Shown here one piece after another: positions 49,301-58,854 of a stretch of DNA of 64,000 nucleotides. The stretch is from a virus. The notes under the pieces were generated by a model. The model saw only the letters and a list, made by a program, of their open reading frames with translations. It searched no databases and was not told where the DNA came from. A program made the translations under genes and the position numbers. Position 1 is the stretch's first letter. Each line of letters opens with the position of its first letter. The DNA lies in the IMG/VR virus record IMGVR_UViG_3300048065_001264, positions 13,815 through 77,814 of that record. One strand, 5' to 3'.

Positions 49301-52300
49301 TATTGTATTGACCGTTTGCCAAGCAAAAGTAATTAACTAAAGTTTCACCGATTTTAAAGTCTGTTATTGAAATAATAATATCAAGGGCATATTTTTCATC
49401 GTCTGTGTCAAGATTTAAAAAAGTATTTTTGTAACTTAAATTTTGATTATATTCTTCTACTTTATATAAATTGCCATTATCATGGAAAACTCCATATTTT
49501 GAATAAACATAATAAAGTTTTTCGTCTAATATACTTCCTATACTATTACCAGTAAAGTTATATTTTTCTGTTAAGTTATTTTCTAAATGAGTGTGTTGTA
49601 TTCTTGGAATGATTGAGTTGAAACAAATAACCGAATCTGATTGATTTGCTTTTATTCCTCCTTGTAGATTAGAAAATTTAGCAATGTTTTTATTTCTATC
49701 CCACCCTTTGAAATTCAAACTTTCAAGTCTAACTATTTTATCATCTTCTACTTTATTTATTTCTGATAAACCCACTTCATCATTTGCAATTACAATTTCT
49801 TCATCTGTTTTCCTTTTTAGTTCAGATGTAAGTTTAGTATTTATTCGTATACTTTTAAGTTTATTTCTTTCGAGAAGAGATTGTTCTACAAGTAAACCAG
49901 AAATTAGTCTTGTTCTTGCCGGTACAATTTTCTCCACGTTTTCAAACAAAGAAGAATCTACATAAGATTTAATAAGATTTAAGTAATAAGACCAGTCAAT
50001 TTTACCAAAACCTTCTTTAAAAAATACTTTTCTAAAAGCTGTGAATCTTTTATATTCACTCTCATATAAATCAGAAGGGTCACCTATATAATCTGCTAAT
50101 TGGAAGTTTCCAAAAAATCTAATAATCTCCGTATTTATTAAATCCGTTGGACTAAAGTATACACCGAGTGTATTTGTATCAACTGCCTTTCTGTCGAGAG
50201 ACTTTTCTGTTGATCGTCTAACCGGAGATAAGGGTCCTACTATTTTTTGTGATTCAACTCTTATTTTATTATTATTAAATGTTTGAGAACCAAACCTCGG
50301 TAATTTAGCATAGTGTCTTTTATTTTCACCTGAAAAATTATATGGAAATTCTTTTTTTGTAAAATTGTGACATTTAATATACAAAGGGACATCTTCTCTA
50401 AAAACATTATTCTCAAGTTGTCCGTATGATTCACCAAAATTTCCTTCAAGGTCTAGTGGGTAATCAAAGTTTACTTTTACTATCAAGGAGTCACGTAATG
50501 CCGATGGTTCGTCAATATCATATCCATGACTATACAATATGTGATTTAGAAATCTAGATTCTTCAATCGGTTGATCGTATATTCTTATTTTATCAACACA
50601 CCCTCTAAAATTACTACTAATATTGTTACCAAAAAATAACTCATCCTGTTTCGTAAATTGATCAGATAACTCGGAGTTTAATGGTATAATCTTATTAATT
50701 TTAAGAACTTCTTCACCATCAGCCACTTTTTTTATATTAATATCCAAAAAACTTTCATTCTTATTTTCATTTTCAATTTTATTTACAAGAAAATGATAAA
50801 AACCTGAATTGTTTATTAATAATGGATTTTCATTGTTTTCGTCTTTTATATAGGTTTTTTCATTATTTAGCATTATATAAAAGTACCCAAAGCATTCTTC
50901 ACCACGTCGTATTGCAACATCAGCACCTATTATCCAACCGTTTTTTTGCAAGGAATCTGTGTTGCAGAAATTTATATCTAACGATTCTTCACTTAAAAAG
51001 CATTGGTTATCAATAATATCACCAACCAATAATATGTCTTTGTATGATCCTCTCTCTGGTATATAATTTAGTTTACTTGGAACACCAATACCGGTTAATG
51101 TAATGTGACCAAGCATTGTGCCTCCTGGACCAAATACATCAACTGCATATGGTTCTCTGGACACAACATTCTCTCTTTTGAAATAAATATTACCCAAATA
51201 TATCCAATTAGATGATGTTATACCCACATCACCATCAACAATACCCGTTTCATTTGAAACTTTGTATTCAATCAAAGAATCATCACTTATAAACGATTTA
51301 CTTGAGTATGTTCCGTCAATTTTGACCGAAAATTCAAGTGAAGTCGATTTGTAAGAGTCTGAATACCAAGGTATGCTTAAAAACTGATTATCTTTATCAA
51401 ATTCTAGATAATAATTAAATGTATCAAATGAAAAAACAGAATCTTCATCTGAGTCAGTTGTATACTTGACCCCACCAAACTCTTTTACTTTAAAAAGATA
51501 ATCAGGTACACCATAACATCGTAACAGAGCATTTAGTGATTTTTCTGTACCAGATGACTTTAAAATATGAGGTAAGTTGTTTAATATCCTTCGATATATT
51601 ATTTCTTTTCTACGGGATAAAGATATAAATTCACTTGGATAAGAAGGTGTTTGGTCTTCTCCATTTGTGTCATTGCCAGCAAATGTAATTCCAAGTGAGT
51701 CAAGTAAAAATGTAACAAGTTGATTTGGTATTCCCTTTGTTTCATCATTTCTTGGAATTAGGTTTGCTCCCATGTTTTCTATGTAGATATATAAAATATC
51801 AAAATGATTACCTATTAAATTTAGAAATTCAATAAAGTCTTGATTGGATTCATCTCTTATCAAAAATTCAGGTATGTTATTTTTTAAATTATCATCATTT
51901 TTTTTATCGTAAAGAGTTGCTTTTTCGGAAATGTCCATATACCAAAAATACGAATCTTGTTGATTAAATTCGGATACTTTTTTTGGCATATATATAGGTG
52001 CTTCATACTTTTTATTTTCGTTCTCAAGTACAAGTTCTTTTTTAAATTGCATTTTTAAATTTATATCAAATCCATTACTGTTTTCATTGTTTGTTATTAT
52101 CTTTTTATTTAGAAAAGAATTTCCAATTATCAAAAACTTATCTTTTTTTTGATTTTTTGTGTTTGTTAAGATATAGTTTTCATTATCATAATAAATGTAA
52201 AACAAACCAGCCTGATGTTCAAATGTTGGGTGTTCATTAAATAATCCAATTTCATAATATACTCCTTCAAACCCATTTAAAAAAGTATTATCTTTTTTTT

Positions 52301-54035
52301 CAGACAAATAAACTTGAATATTTTTAGTGCGAGGCCAAGCATAATCAGAATCTACTTTAAATAAGTACGCATCATAATCTGTAAAATTAACAATTATATC
52401 TGTGATCTTTTTATCAACTTCTGAAATATCAAAGTTGTTTAAAATATCAATAGAATCATTTCTTATTTTGTCACTTATAATACCTTTTTCGTTTCTTGAA
52501 TTTATAGTAAAGATTTTATTTTGTAATTCTACTTTAGCCCAATATAATGCCGAAATTTTTCCCATTTTTACCAGAAACGCATCAATTTTTTTCTTGGCAG
52601 AGGAAAATTTTACAAACTTAGAAAAATCACTATAATCAACCTTTACAGGTATATTGTTTGAAATTTTATTAAAGTATTTAACTATGCTATTTGTAAGTTG
52701 ATCAGTTTTTTCTAAATCTTCTGCTGTATATTTTTTTGTTCCTGATTTTGATATATAATTTTCAGTTAGTGGTCCTCTTAGTTTATATGTTAGAGATACT
52801 TGAGGTTCTGTAAAAATCGCATTTTCTATAATATCGTCCGAGATACTTCTGTATATTTTAAATTTTTGACCCACCGATACATTTGGAGGCAACGGTTTTG
52901 ATAGTTTTAATATAATAGATTCATGTTTTATCGGGTCACTTATAATTTGAGAAAATCTTTCATACTTTAAAATATGAAATTGCTCTTCTGTGTTCAAGTC
53001 AAACAATCCAAGAAAATACGAATCAAATATATCATAAAACATTTCATCTAACAATTGAGTATTAAATAGATAGAATAGAATTGAATTAAAAAATAATGAA
53101 ACATCCTCATTCTCAATAAACGAACTTATGCGGTATTCTTCACTTATTACGAATTGAATACAACGATTGTACTCTGCTATAAATTGATTCTTGGAAAACG
53201 CATTGTTATAGTTTACAAGTAAAATATTGTTATATAATTCTGATATTTTCTCTTGCAAATCACCTATAATACCAAACAATGTATTAAAATTGGATGGACT
53301 ATTATTCTCGTAATTTTGTCCTAATATTTTTTTGAATACAACTTTTATTATTTCTTCATAATCATCAAATAAACTTTTGACATCTTGATTAAAATCTAAA
53401 TTAGTATTACCAAATAATCTTGAAATATTTTGTGTATGCAATTTATTTATTTTTTTAAAATTATGGGCAATGATTATTTGACGACTTATAAAATGCTGGT
53501 AGTCATTATTAATTGCAACATCGTTTGCTCTAATAGAGTTTTTTAAACATTCCGGTTGTACTTTTATTTCTGTGCGGGATGCCGACACCTCTGCGATTAC
53601 AAGACTACTTGATAATTCATCGTAAGAGCCAATTACATCACTTCTAAAAGAAAAAACTAATTTATATGATCCCGGAGATAAATTTAATTTTTCTAATTCA
53701 GTTGTTGGGGATACTATAATATTTTCATCAATTTGTGGAAATATATTATCAAGAATCTTTACCGTACCACTGCGTGTTTCCTTATTGTAGTCTGTGAAGT
53801 AATAGTTTTTAATATCATAAGTTGGTGTAGTTTCAACAAATGTAGTGCCGAGTAAATTTTCACCTGAGTAATCGTATATATGTACTTTTATATAATCTCT
53901 TAGAGAATTACCTACAACTGCTTTTTCTGTGTCGTCCGAGTAAATTGTATCAAATTGATCGGCGTCAACTGGGTACCCACGTGAAAAATCATCATCGTTA
54001 GTTACATTATCAATGTGTTTTATGTATTGTGGCAT
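43377..54035 (-). CDS. giant (3552 aa) baseplate wedge/adhesin-like virion protein
   Basis: RRILNNLPHILKSSGT..SL.ALL.CYG (gp7/P2 gpI-like wedge motif), LamG-like F.G.VDKIRIY, repeated NGxY modules, C-terminal Pro-Thr linker. Confidence 0.8.
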   Translation of the reverse strand: MPQYIKHIDNVTNDDDFSRGYPVDADQFDTIYSDDTEKAVVGNSLRDYIKVHIYDYSGENLLGTTFVETTPTYDIKNYYFTDYNKETRSGTVKILDNIFPQIDENIIVSPTTELEKLNLSPGSYKLVFSFRSDVIGSYDELSSSLVIAEVSASRTEIKVQPECLKNSIRANDVAINNDYQHFISRQIIIAHNFKKINKLHTQNISRLFGNTNLDFNQDVKSLFDDYEEIIKVVFKKILGQNYENNSPSNFNTLFGIIGDLQEKISELYNNILLVNYNNAFSKNQFIAEYNRCIQFVISEEYRISSFIENEDVSLFFNSILFYLFNTQLLDEMFYDIFDSYFLGLFDLNTEEQFHILKYERFSQIISDPIKHESIILKLSKPLPPNVSVGQKFKIYRSISDDIIENAIFTEPQVSLTYKLRGPLTENYISKSGTKKYTAEDLEKTDQLTNSIVKYFNKISNNIPVKVDYSDFSKFVKFSSAKKKIDAFLVKMGKISALYWAKVELQNKIFTINSRNEKGIISDKIRNDSIDILNNFDISEVDKKITDIIVNFTDYDAYLFKVDSDYAWPRTKNIQVYLSEKKDNTFLNGFEGVYYEIGLFNEHPTFEHQAGLFYIYYDNENYILTNTKNQKKDKFLIIGNSFLNKKIITNNENSNGFDINLKMQFKKELVLENENKKYEAPIYMPKKVSEFNQQDSYFWYMDISEKATLYDKKNDDNLKNNIPEFLIRDESNQDFIEFLNLIGNHFDILYIYIENMGANLIPRNDETKGIPNQLVTFLLDSLGITFAGNDTNGEDQTPSYPSEFISLSRRKEIIYRRILNNLPHILKSSGTEKSLNALLRCYGVPDYLFKVKEFGGVKYTTDSDEDSVFSFDTFNYYLEFDKDNQFLSIPWYSDSYKSTSLEFSVKIDGTYSSKSFISDDSLIEYKVSNETGIVDGDVGITSSNWIYLGNIYFKRENVVSREPYAVDVFGPGGTMLGHITLTGIGVPSKLNYIPERGSYKDILLVGDIIDNQCFLSEESLDINFCNTDSLQKNGWIIGADVAIRRGEECFGYFYIMLNNEKTYIKDENNENPLLINNSGFYHFLVNKIENENKNESFLDINIKKVADGEEVLKINKIIPLNSELSDQFTKQDELFFGNNISSNFRGCVDKIRIYDQPIEESRFLNHILYSHGYDIDEPSALRDSLIVKVNFDYPLDLEGNFGESYGQLENNVFREDVPLYIKCHNFTKKEFPYNFSGENKRHYAKLPRFGSQTFNNNKIRVESQKIVGPLSPVRRSTEKSLDRKAVDTNTLGVYFSPTDLINTEIIRFFGNFQLADYIGDPSDLYESEYKRFTAFRKVFFKEGFGKIDWSYYLNLIKSYVDSSLFENVEKIVPARTRLISGLLVEQSLLERNKLKSIRINTKLTSELKRKTDEEIVIANDEVGLSEINKVEDDKIVRLESLNFKGWDRNKNIAKFSNLQGGIKANQSDSVICFNSIIPRIQHTHLENNLTEKYNFTGNSIGSILDEKLYYVYSKYGVFHDNGNLYKVEEYNQNLSYKNTFLNLDTDDEKYALDIIISITDFKIGETLVNYFCLANGQYNIYGSVNSYQAFTNKSFTWFIYFSNIKNKWVLINKNPLLYKEELGLLTPTDNLFWVCSNNFNCRDSKYPCEFSGNKNQKTAYFPDEFAGSRGSDSIVSSGQLPKTIIGNDRMLFIDTYGAPNDEGRVVGKVNCEIYGSFSGKFKEYTEIEGNIIVQPSSGFYEVEDYVFPKIKKQRHLFLDGKFTGVLKNGTVGSSDYEFRIIGSLNGEKFYDCKNPWRNPFDEDNKTILDINEIVSDNDTNFTSLSNNTKELVSKEFSSYNLVKIPTEIKKKSFDSVKYGTDTIPYDSFRVINSSQLAYKGQYDISGMYSYSLHHKTIDRFNYPTLLNYKISIDVDIVSNKIFELDILCSSTQSNLDYYSAYVYNANESKNNSISFQVKRNLNNNYEVDLLESGLNFKENKIYQYYGDVDSIDDQDSIYKFSNFQSTDSLTYNDIINGIYEKNYEEIVYNDLLIEKLKNNNNRKKCLIISTLDGIQTLIMIAYLDNKETFRLEGLSEDYSKNSQQCRISSSPLDKTNRNYYTRDDERVEWSVNPIRGFGGLLPTDKLTIKSIVGSNRTMYDSGIISYDLDKTERIIFTNDTINDLIEIKTENDMMEYQIDILTFNKDLTYNQTNNFSNYFSVIPKNEYDSITVSGFDGNLDRCNGDYVTLGQFNGKPLYVNEYDENKQLRINTFSDIKSFKQPTDVLWTGRKINYIFWSHINQRWILLHSNNYRIIFDKEESVYVKNNEKNYHDIFWIYGNEDGEVRFFNTEIGGDFAYVQESLTSLDTSQLVQYDEDEYLKIYSKSQNDFDTTDFGNTYIFRDTNKIKLFGFSGELIYANGLYQENRLTSGKKPAYYNGRGWHLFYNEKLFSWMLVQQNNLISVLNKNLNEKYTKLNLTEYYEDENSPTNWIINMSNSFDFSLNENNSFTTNQNTNFMFKVGGEYYEKSASLSSQIRQSGYAYIPNLESKSKLTYKASVSHFKSNLNDSVFVDLFSQENQKAIGNKFVIIPNKNHFDRFETDISAMDIDRLAWVVKVSRKRPKMPPGKMYELNTNADILVKINISQDDTNQLSVSEVVDNKKFISSIPSPFGIYTKYESSADGDVEIYFYNEKTGYKIYETLDNKTQNKIWKIEFKTSPNIYFFTKSPSLEVETIQIKLGYAKKSALEDPENKKINCDEYNQNLDYIFTKEGVGNVFYAELDENEHNYPNIFLTQNNIFDTNNKEIKYIRWGHFYDSDVSDDCYDLSLYPKCYYNIINNSVNKNGQISYCNILDKGTYTNGIGTELVLSINSNSDINSRFVGDYRQVSFREYKLFVKIDDPNKFIVEISNKSQNKTIEIYLVSEKKENDSYELTIDDLKTSQSKSPLKTFVSARSLNKSVLGKSKKFIRQLYIPFPGEYRLRNDWSEVAVVEIISSSSLLVKNCSIQSANGAYTSSGTLDNNDDFMIFSNSNNWVFKYIKSGESEGWILSDKHDTMSDYTFENIRRYRNNELTSYDSFLGIFYRFKNNLAENEEFSGANESQLLSSSSRAVDALTNYVNLDNSDYLTINYKLRLGEFNNIGTKSEIENEIFELNDLKTENIDYDEIECNYELSNSSTQNINFVPNVSKITGVEQDIIKSTINNSYEFNITPISSEQTNNYYSYLPLSITHDVNLYKAFNEHIHGRINLTYNGKSCYEDGVEVAGVKIQLSAPGLGDDNLKLEPLHFPDCNEECKLTNEDIRIPINSEQKTNTRFTYLIDDFENDIGIDSINYTLRLEVSAKQKNVVEFVNVHKKRFSKYFNYNFIDFYDSAKDITLDHLEIEYNTPSTFTYETLRPYSICDLIKIGKHNNIIENGVNYYNKSRFRRNIKGTGKNTMFTTIDNSGYVNYTSPIIRTHTTRGQSDSYDSFWSIEDVPAIIFSDNNKAEDAKVIPISADKLKTLEFSYTFESFETITPTPTPSPTPTTTPSSTGNTTPTPSLEINPTPTSTLGDNSTPTPTSHHNDDLNTPSPSPS

Positions 54036-54042
54036 GATTTAA

Positions 54043-54627
54043 TTATGATGAAAATGGAAACGTTTCGATGTCTGGTTCCTCGTTCTTTTGTTGTTCTGTA
54101 AGTGGTAGAAAAGGAAACACATCACTAAAATCATTTGGTGAATTTCCCTCACCAGCAGATATTCTCTGACTAATAATAATATCCCGTGATGCTCTATAGG
54201 TTTCATTTGCATCCTCTGTAAATTTAACCGATTTTTGCATTTCCTCGTCAAGTCTTTCCGAGAGTTCATCTATCTGAGCCTGTAAAAGTTTTTGTTCATC
54301 TAGTTCCTCGTCAACTTCTTCCAGTAAAGTTATATCCTCTGTTGTAGTAATACCAGAATCTAAATCAGGATTATCCACGATTGTTTGAAATTCACTAATT
54401 GATGTGTCGTAAAATGTTTCTACTTGTTCTTTTATTAATTTTTTTTTACCAATAGGAACTGTTAAAATATAGTCACTTATCAACGAATCTTCGGATATTT
54501 CTTCAGTTTTGAGAATGATATTTCCAAAATTGTCACGATTGTTATTAAGTTTTCCGGTACTTAATAAATCAGAAAGTTGTTCTTGGTTAAATTTGTTTTT
54601 GGATAGATACGATGGAAAGTTATTCAT
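54043..54627 (-). CDS. hypothetical protein (acidic, coiled coil)
   Basis: 194-aa ORF in the baseplate operon. Confidence 0.7.
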   Translation of the reverse strand: MNNFPSYLSKNKFNQEQLSDLLSTGKLNNNRDNFGNIILKTEEISEDSLISDYILTVPIGKKKLIKEQVETFYDTSISEFQTIVDNPDLDSGITTTEDITLLEEVDEELDEQKLLQAQIDELSERLDEEMQKSVKFTEDANETYRASRDIIISQRISAGEGNSPNDFSDVFPFLPLTEQQKNEEPDIETFPFSS

Positions 54628-54631
54628 ATTA

Positions 54632-56068
54632 CTAGACCCTTACAATAAATCTTCGTTTATCTTCGTGTAAAAAATCGCCATACTCAGACTCAATTAGAAT
54701 TAAGAACTTATATACTCTACCAGTCGCAAGGCAACTAAAGTCAAAATTAAAAAAATGTCCTTCTGAATCACAACTGATTTTAGAATACTCATCAAATTCA
54801 ATTAGTGTTTCTTCTGTTTCTGCATCTCTAACTGAATACTTTAGTGTGTCAGTTGTAAAATTACTTGACGAATAATCTGATTTGCTTGAAAATGATTTTT
54901 GTGGATATTTTTCACGCAACCCCACAGAAATTCTTTCTCTAGAAAAAGATCTATATTCTTTTTTAAGTCTTTTTATGGTTGGTATTAGGTCCGACCCGTA
55001 AACCTGCTTTAGTGTGTTTGGATGAGTTATCGATTCGATTTCATAGTCCGTTGGAGAATTACTTATATTTTCATCTAAATGACACTCCGTGAAAATAAGA
55101 TTTTCCATATCATAACCGAGTTCTTCTTTTTTTACACTATCTTCGTTGAAAATTGTATTTTCAACAAATTCATCAGTTTCTTCAACGGTTCCTGAATTGT
55201 ATGAACCTGACTCTAATACACCTGAGTCAATTGTACCTGAGTAAAGTGTTCCGGAGCACAATGTACCCGAGTTTATGGTTCCTGAGCAAATTGTACCAGA
55301 CGAAAAGGTTGGAGTGGGGGTTGGGGTTGGTTCTTTGGTACAAATTATTTTTTTAAAGGTAACTTGTTTACATGGATCAAAAATAAAATCAGTGTACTTA
55401 ATTTGAATGAAAGGTGAATAAATTGTATTTGTATCACTTGAATAAAATTTTACATTTCCACTTCCCGAGGTTGATTCATTTTCAAATTTTATTATGATTC
55501 CGTGGTTTGGTATATTGCCCTCTAAATAGAAATTTATTATTTTGGTAATGTCAATCTTTACATCCGAGAAATTTTTCTGAAATTGGTAAAGGCAATTAAT
55601 TTTTGTCGGTTCTCCGTCTGTATCAACACATATAGTTGAGTCGTACCAATCACCCCCACCAGATGAATCGTAATGAGACCCACTTACCCACATTTCTTCT
55701 TCCCCATCTGTGTATTTCCAGTTTGCACCTTTGCTATATTTTTTTGCATCGGATGAAGGTATAAATCTACCTACACCCTCCACCCATGATTTTTTAAGAG
55801 GGTATGCTGATATTATGTCGTGTTCTTCTAATTCGGATGAAGACATTATTTTTAAATTTAAAATATATTTTGCACTTTTTAAATTAAAATCTTGTTTAGT
55901 AATGTTCTCTAAATTAAACTTTAATAAAATTCTACTTACATCATGACCAGTTGCTTCGTCAAACAGATTTGTAAGTTCAATTACTTCGTCAATACCAGAA
56001 TTTAATAGTCTAAGTTTTTTTTGCTTATATATTGTAGTATCTTTTTCTGGATAAATAAAAAAATTCAC
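54632..56068 (-). CDS. baseplate-associated beta-sandwich protein with Pro-Thr and SGT pentapeptide repeats
   Basis: KDTTIY, SRILLKF, SW.EG.G, N.G.IIK..E, FYS.DT.TIY.P (DNRLRE-like pattern). Confidence 0.7.
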   Translation of the reverse strand: MNFFIYPEKDTTIYKQKKLRLLNSGIDEVIELTNLFDEATGHDVSRILLKFNLENITKQDFNLKSAKYILNLKIMSSSELEEHDIISAYPLKKSWVEGVGRFIPSSDAKKYSKGANWKYTDGEEEMWVSGSHYDSSGGGDWYDSTICVDTDGEPTKINCLYQFQKNFSDVKIDITKIINFYLEGNIPNHGIIIKFENESTSGSGNVKFYSSDTNTIYSPFIQIKYTDFIFDPCKQVTFKKIICTKEPTPTPTPTFSSGTICSGTINSGTLCSGTLYSGTIDSGVLESGSYNSGTVEETDEFVENTIFNEDSVKKEELGYDMENLIFTECHLDENISNSPTDYEIESITHPNTLKQVYGSDLIPTIKRLKKEYRSFSRERISVGLREKYPQKSFSSKSDYSSSNFTTDTLKYSVRDAETEETLIEFDEYSKISCDSEGHFFNFDFSCLATGRVYKFLILIESEYGDFLHEDKRRFIVRV

Positions 56069-58023
56069 TAAACTACCCTCCCTATTATATCTTTATTTGG
56101 ATATTTTAATTCAAAAATAGATGGGTCCATTGATGGATACAATGTCTTATTTATAGTAGCACCGTCTATATCATATTCGTTTTCAGAATAGTCTCCATCC
56201 TTGATAGTCAAGTTTTTAATCAGAAATGAAGAAATAGAACGGACTCCATTTACTTTTGATATCTCTAGCTCAACACTTCCAATTTCAATTGGTTGAGATA
56301 TTTGCCATCTGTCAATTGAAAAATAACTTTGTAAAGATTCGATAGTTTCTTTTAACACATCCTTCTTATTAAAATTATTTAAAACAGAAATCTCAAACTC
56401 AATGCCAATATTTATGATAAAGGCATTAGTGATGTTGACACCGTCTGTTAATAACCTATATTGTGATATGTAAGATTTTAAATTTTTATAGACCAACTCA
56501 TTTGGTCTTATGAGTTTTTTATTTTCGTCATAACTAAGTATGTATAAATTTATAGCAAACGGATTGTTAATTTCACCATAAACTGAATTTAATCCGTCAG
56601 GAGAAATAGTATTATCTATTTCATTTGTCATTTTAATTACATCAAGTTGTGATTTTACATCCAAAATTCCATCTTTAGTTACAAATGCCTTTGCTATACT
56701 TCCATACTTTGACGGCATTGAATATGCTCTAATTACATAATCATCACGTGTAACTGCACGATTTTGTGAAGAAAATGTTGCCAAACCTTTTATTCTTATT
56801 TCATCAGTTGTTTCTTCATCTCTACCACCCAGTGCTGGATCTGGATTTACAACTTGCAAACTATTTTTAATATTATCTAAGATTGCTTGTTCCGAGTCGT
56901 TAAGGAATGTATCCATATCTGAATATCTTACTGTGGATATATTTGTCAATGTATTTGATTTTACATTAGAACTAAACCCACCACCTACGTAATATTGTAT
57001 TGTTAATACAGTATTTGACGGAGTAGACCCATATGAGTCTGTTTTTAAGAAATTAGATGGATCATATGGGATATCAAATCCTCTTATTGTATCAATATAT
57101 TTTCCTACATTATTTAATGATGGAGAAATTATTTCATCGTCCAATCTATCCCGTCCCTGTCCAAATTCAAGAGTGGTTGTATTGTCAGAATTTACTAGCA
57201 ATGTAAACCTCCTTGATGTTTTTACATATCTCAATACATATGGTACATTTGCGGAATATTGACTTGTTATTGGATTGTATTTTTCAGAATTTGGTTCGTC
57301 AATTAAAACTAAGTCTTGTGATAAATAAGGCACTTCGTACCATTTATTGCCCATTGAGTCCGTGCATGATAATATTTCTAAAACATTTTTTTCAGGTAGT
57401 TCTATTTCAAAAAACTCTTCAGCCTCACCGACACTTACTTCAATTGTCATTAATTGTCCTGCTGATGCACTTACTGATTTTTTTAACAAATAAAAAGTGG
57501 GTTGGCCGTTTGCATCTCGTTGAAATACTTGTATTTTAGTTGGATTTGTTGTTGATTTGTCTGCAAAGTTTATTGTGTCTGTTGTTCTAAAGGCAACATT
57601 GGAATCGGAGTTTGATAGAATTTGCATCCCCTCTTGTATGTTAAGGGCATATTTCATATCAGGTACATTTCTACCAGACTCATCTATCTTTGACGGAACT
57701 AAATGCATTATATCAAGTTGTGTGGTTGCGGATGTAACCGGTTTTGTTTTGTATCCTAAATAATTTGCAAGTGCAACTACATTTTTTCTCTCACTTGCAT
57801 ATTGCATAAATCCTTCTTTAAATTGATAATCAATGTAGTAAGATAATACATCTCCAACATAACTGGCCAGTTCAATAAACATCATTCCAGTAGAATTTTC
57901 ACTGAAATCCTTGTATGTACCTGGAAAGTAATTTTTTACGTATTCAACTAAATTGGATTTGAATGAATCAAAATCTTTACTTAGATAATTAATATCTCTT
58001 GCATTTGTTAAATTATTATCCAT
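56068..58023 (-). CDS. gp6: baseplate wedge protein (gp6/baseplate J-like)
   Basis: YLSKDF..FK, ELASYVGDVLSYY.D, LGYK, GG.D.E, QNRAVT..DY. Confidence 0.92.
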   Translation of the reverse strand: MDNNLTNARDINYLSKDFDSFKSNLVEYVKNYFPGTYKDFSENSTGMMFIELASYVGDVLSYYIDYQFKEGFMQYASERKNVVALANYLGYKTKPVTSATTQLDIMHLVPSKIDESGRNVPDMKYALNIQEGMQILSNSDSNVAFRTTDTINFADKSTTNPTKIQVFQRDANGQPTFYLLKKSVSASAGQLMTIEVSVGEAEEFFEIELPEKNVLEILSCTDSMGNKWYEVPYLSQDLVLIDEPNSEKYNPITSQYSANVPYVLRYVKTSRRFTLLVNSDNTTTLEFGQGRDRLDDEIISPSLNNVGKYIDTIRGFDIPYDPSNFLKTDSYGSTPSNTVLTIQYYVGGGFSSNVKSNTLTNISTVRYSDMDTFLNDSEQAILDNIKNSLQVVNPDPALGGRDEETTDEIRIKGLATFSSQNRAVTRDDYVIRAYSMPSKYGSIAKAFVTKDGILDVKSQLDVIKMTNEIDNTISPDGLNSVYGEINNPFAINLYILSYDENKKLIRPNELVYKNLKSYISQYRLLTDGVNITNAFIINIGIEFEISVLNNFNKKDVLKETIESLQSYFSIDRWQISQPIEIGSVELEISKVNGVRSISSFLIKNLTIKDGDYSENEYDIDGATINKTLYPSMDPSIFELKYPNKDIIGRVV

Positions 58024-58025
58024 TT

Positions 58026-58421
58026 CTACACTTCCACGATAATGTTAATTGTTTGTTCTGAGTCTGGTATTATGCTTATTGAAAAAGTTATTTCTATTGA
58101 TGCGGTATATGGATTATTTTCCAAGTCTCTATCGGTTTTTACATTCTCTATGATAACTTCCGGCATCCATATTTCAGAAGCATCTTTTATTGCATCTTCT
58201 ATAATTTCATCTAAAAAATCTTCTGTATTGGGACTAAATATAATTGATCTAAGGTCACTGCCATATGTAGGCATCATTGGTCTCTCCCCTTTTGATGTTA
58301 GTAATAAAAAGGATAGATTTGTTTTTGCTCTTTCAAGCAAAGAATAAGTTTGCTTAAAAAAACCATCTTGTTCACCCCGTGTATATGGAATGGTTATGCC
58401 GACTGGTACTTCATTTGCCAA
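58026..58421 (-). CDS. gp25: baseplate wedge subunit (gp25-like)
   Basis: NL..LLLT.KGER.M.P.YGS.L...IF, W.PEV. Confidence 0.92.
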   Translation of the reverse strand: MANEVPVGITIPYTRGEQDGFFKQTYSLLERAKTNLSFLLLTSKGERPMMPTYGSDLRSIIFSPNTEDFLDEIIEDAIKDASEIWMPEVIIENVKTDRDLENNPYTASIEITFSISIIPDSEQTINIIVEV

Positions 58422-58833
58422 GTGTGTTTACTCCTTTCTTTTTGTTTACTGCTTTTATAAGATCACTATAATCTCTATTTAAGGCACTTGACACATGATC
58501 AGGTAGTTCAGAAACTGAATGGGTGTTCCCGTTGAAATCAGTAATTTGGTTTGCTTCTTCGTACCCAGAAACTAAGTTTCCTTCGTGTGGAACTCCACCA
58601 ATAGTTTCATTAAGTGCTTGATTTAAAAGTGGGTTTTTAGATAAAGTCTTTAATGGTTTTTTGTTACTTGTTACCGATGCTTCTCTTTTTAAAACCTTCT
58701 TCGTTATACTTACAGGATCAGTATTGGTGTTATCAATTTTTTTTACAACTTCACCAATTATCTTGGGAAGTGATTCACTTAATTCTAATCTCACTGCTTT
58801 TCTAATAACTTCTATAAGTTCACTCTTTTTCAT
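58411..58833 (-). CDS. hypothetical protein
   Basis: MKKSELIEVIRKAVRLEL leader, LN..LNET, RDYS.L.K. Confidence 0.72.
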   Translation of the reverse strand: MKKSELIEVIRKAVRLELSESLPKIIGEVVKKIDNTNTDPVSITKKVLKREASVTSNKKPLKTLSKNPLLNQALNETIGGVPHEGNLVSGYEEANQITDFNGNTHSVSELPDHVSSALNRDYSDLIKAVNKKKGVNTLGK

Positions 58834-58854
58834 TTTTTCCTTTCATATATATAT

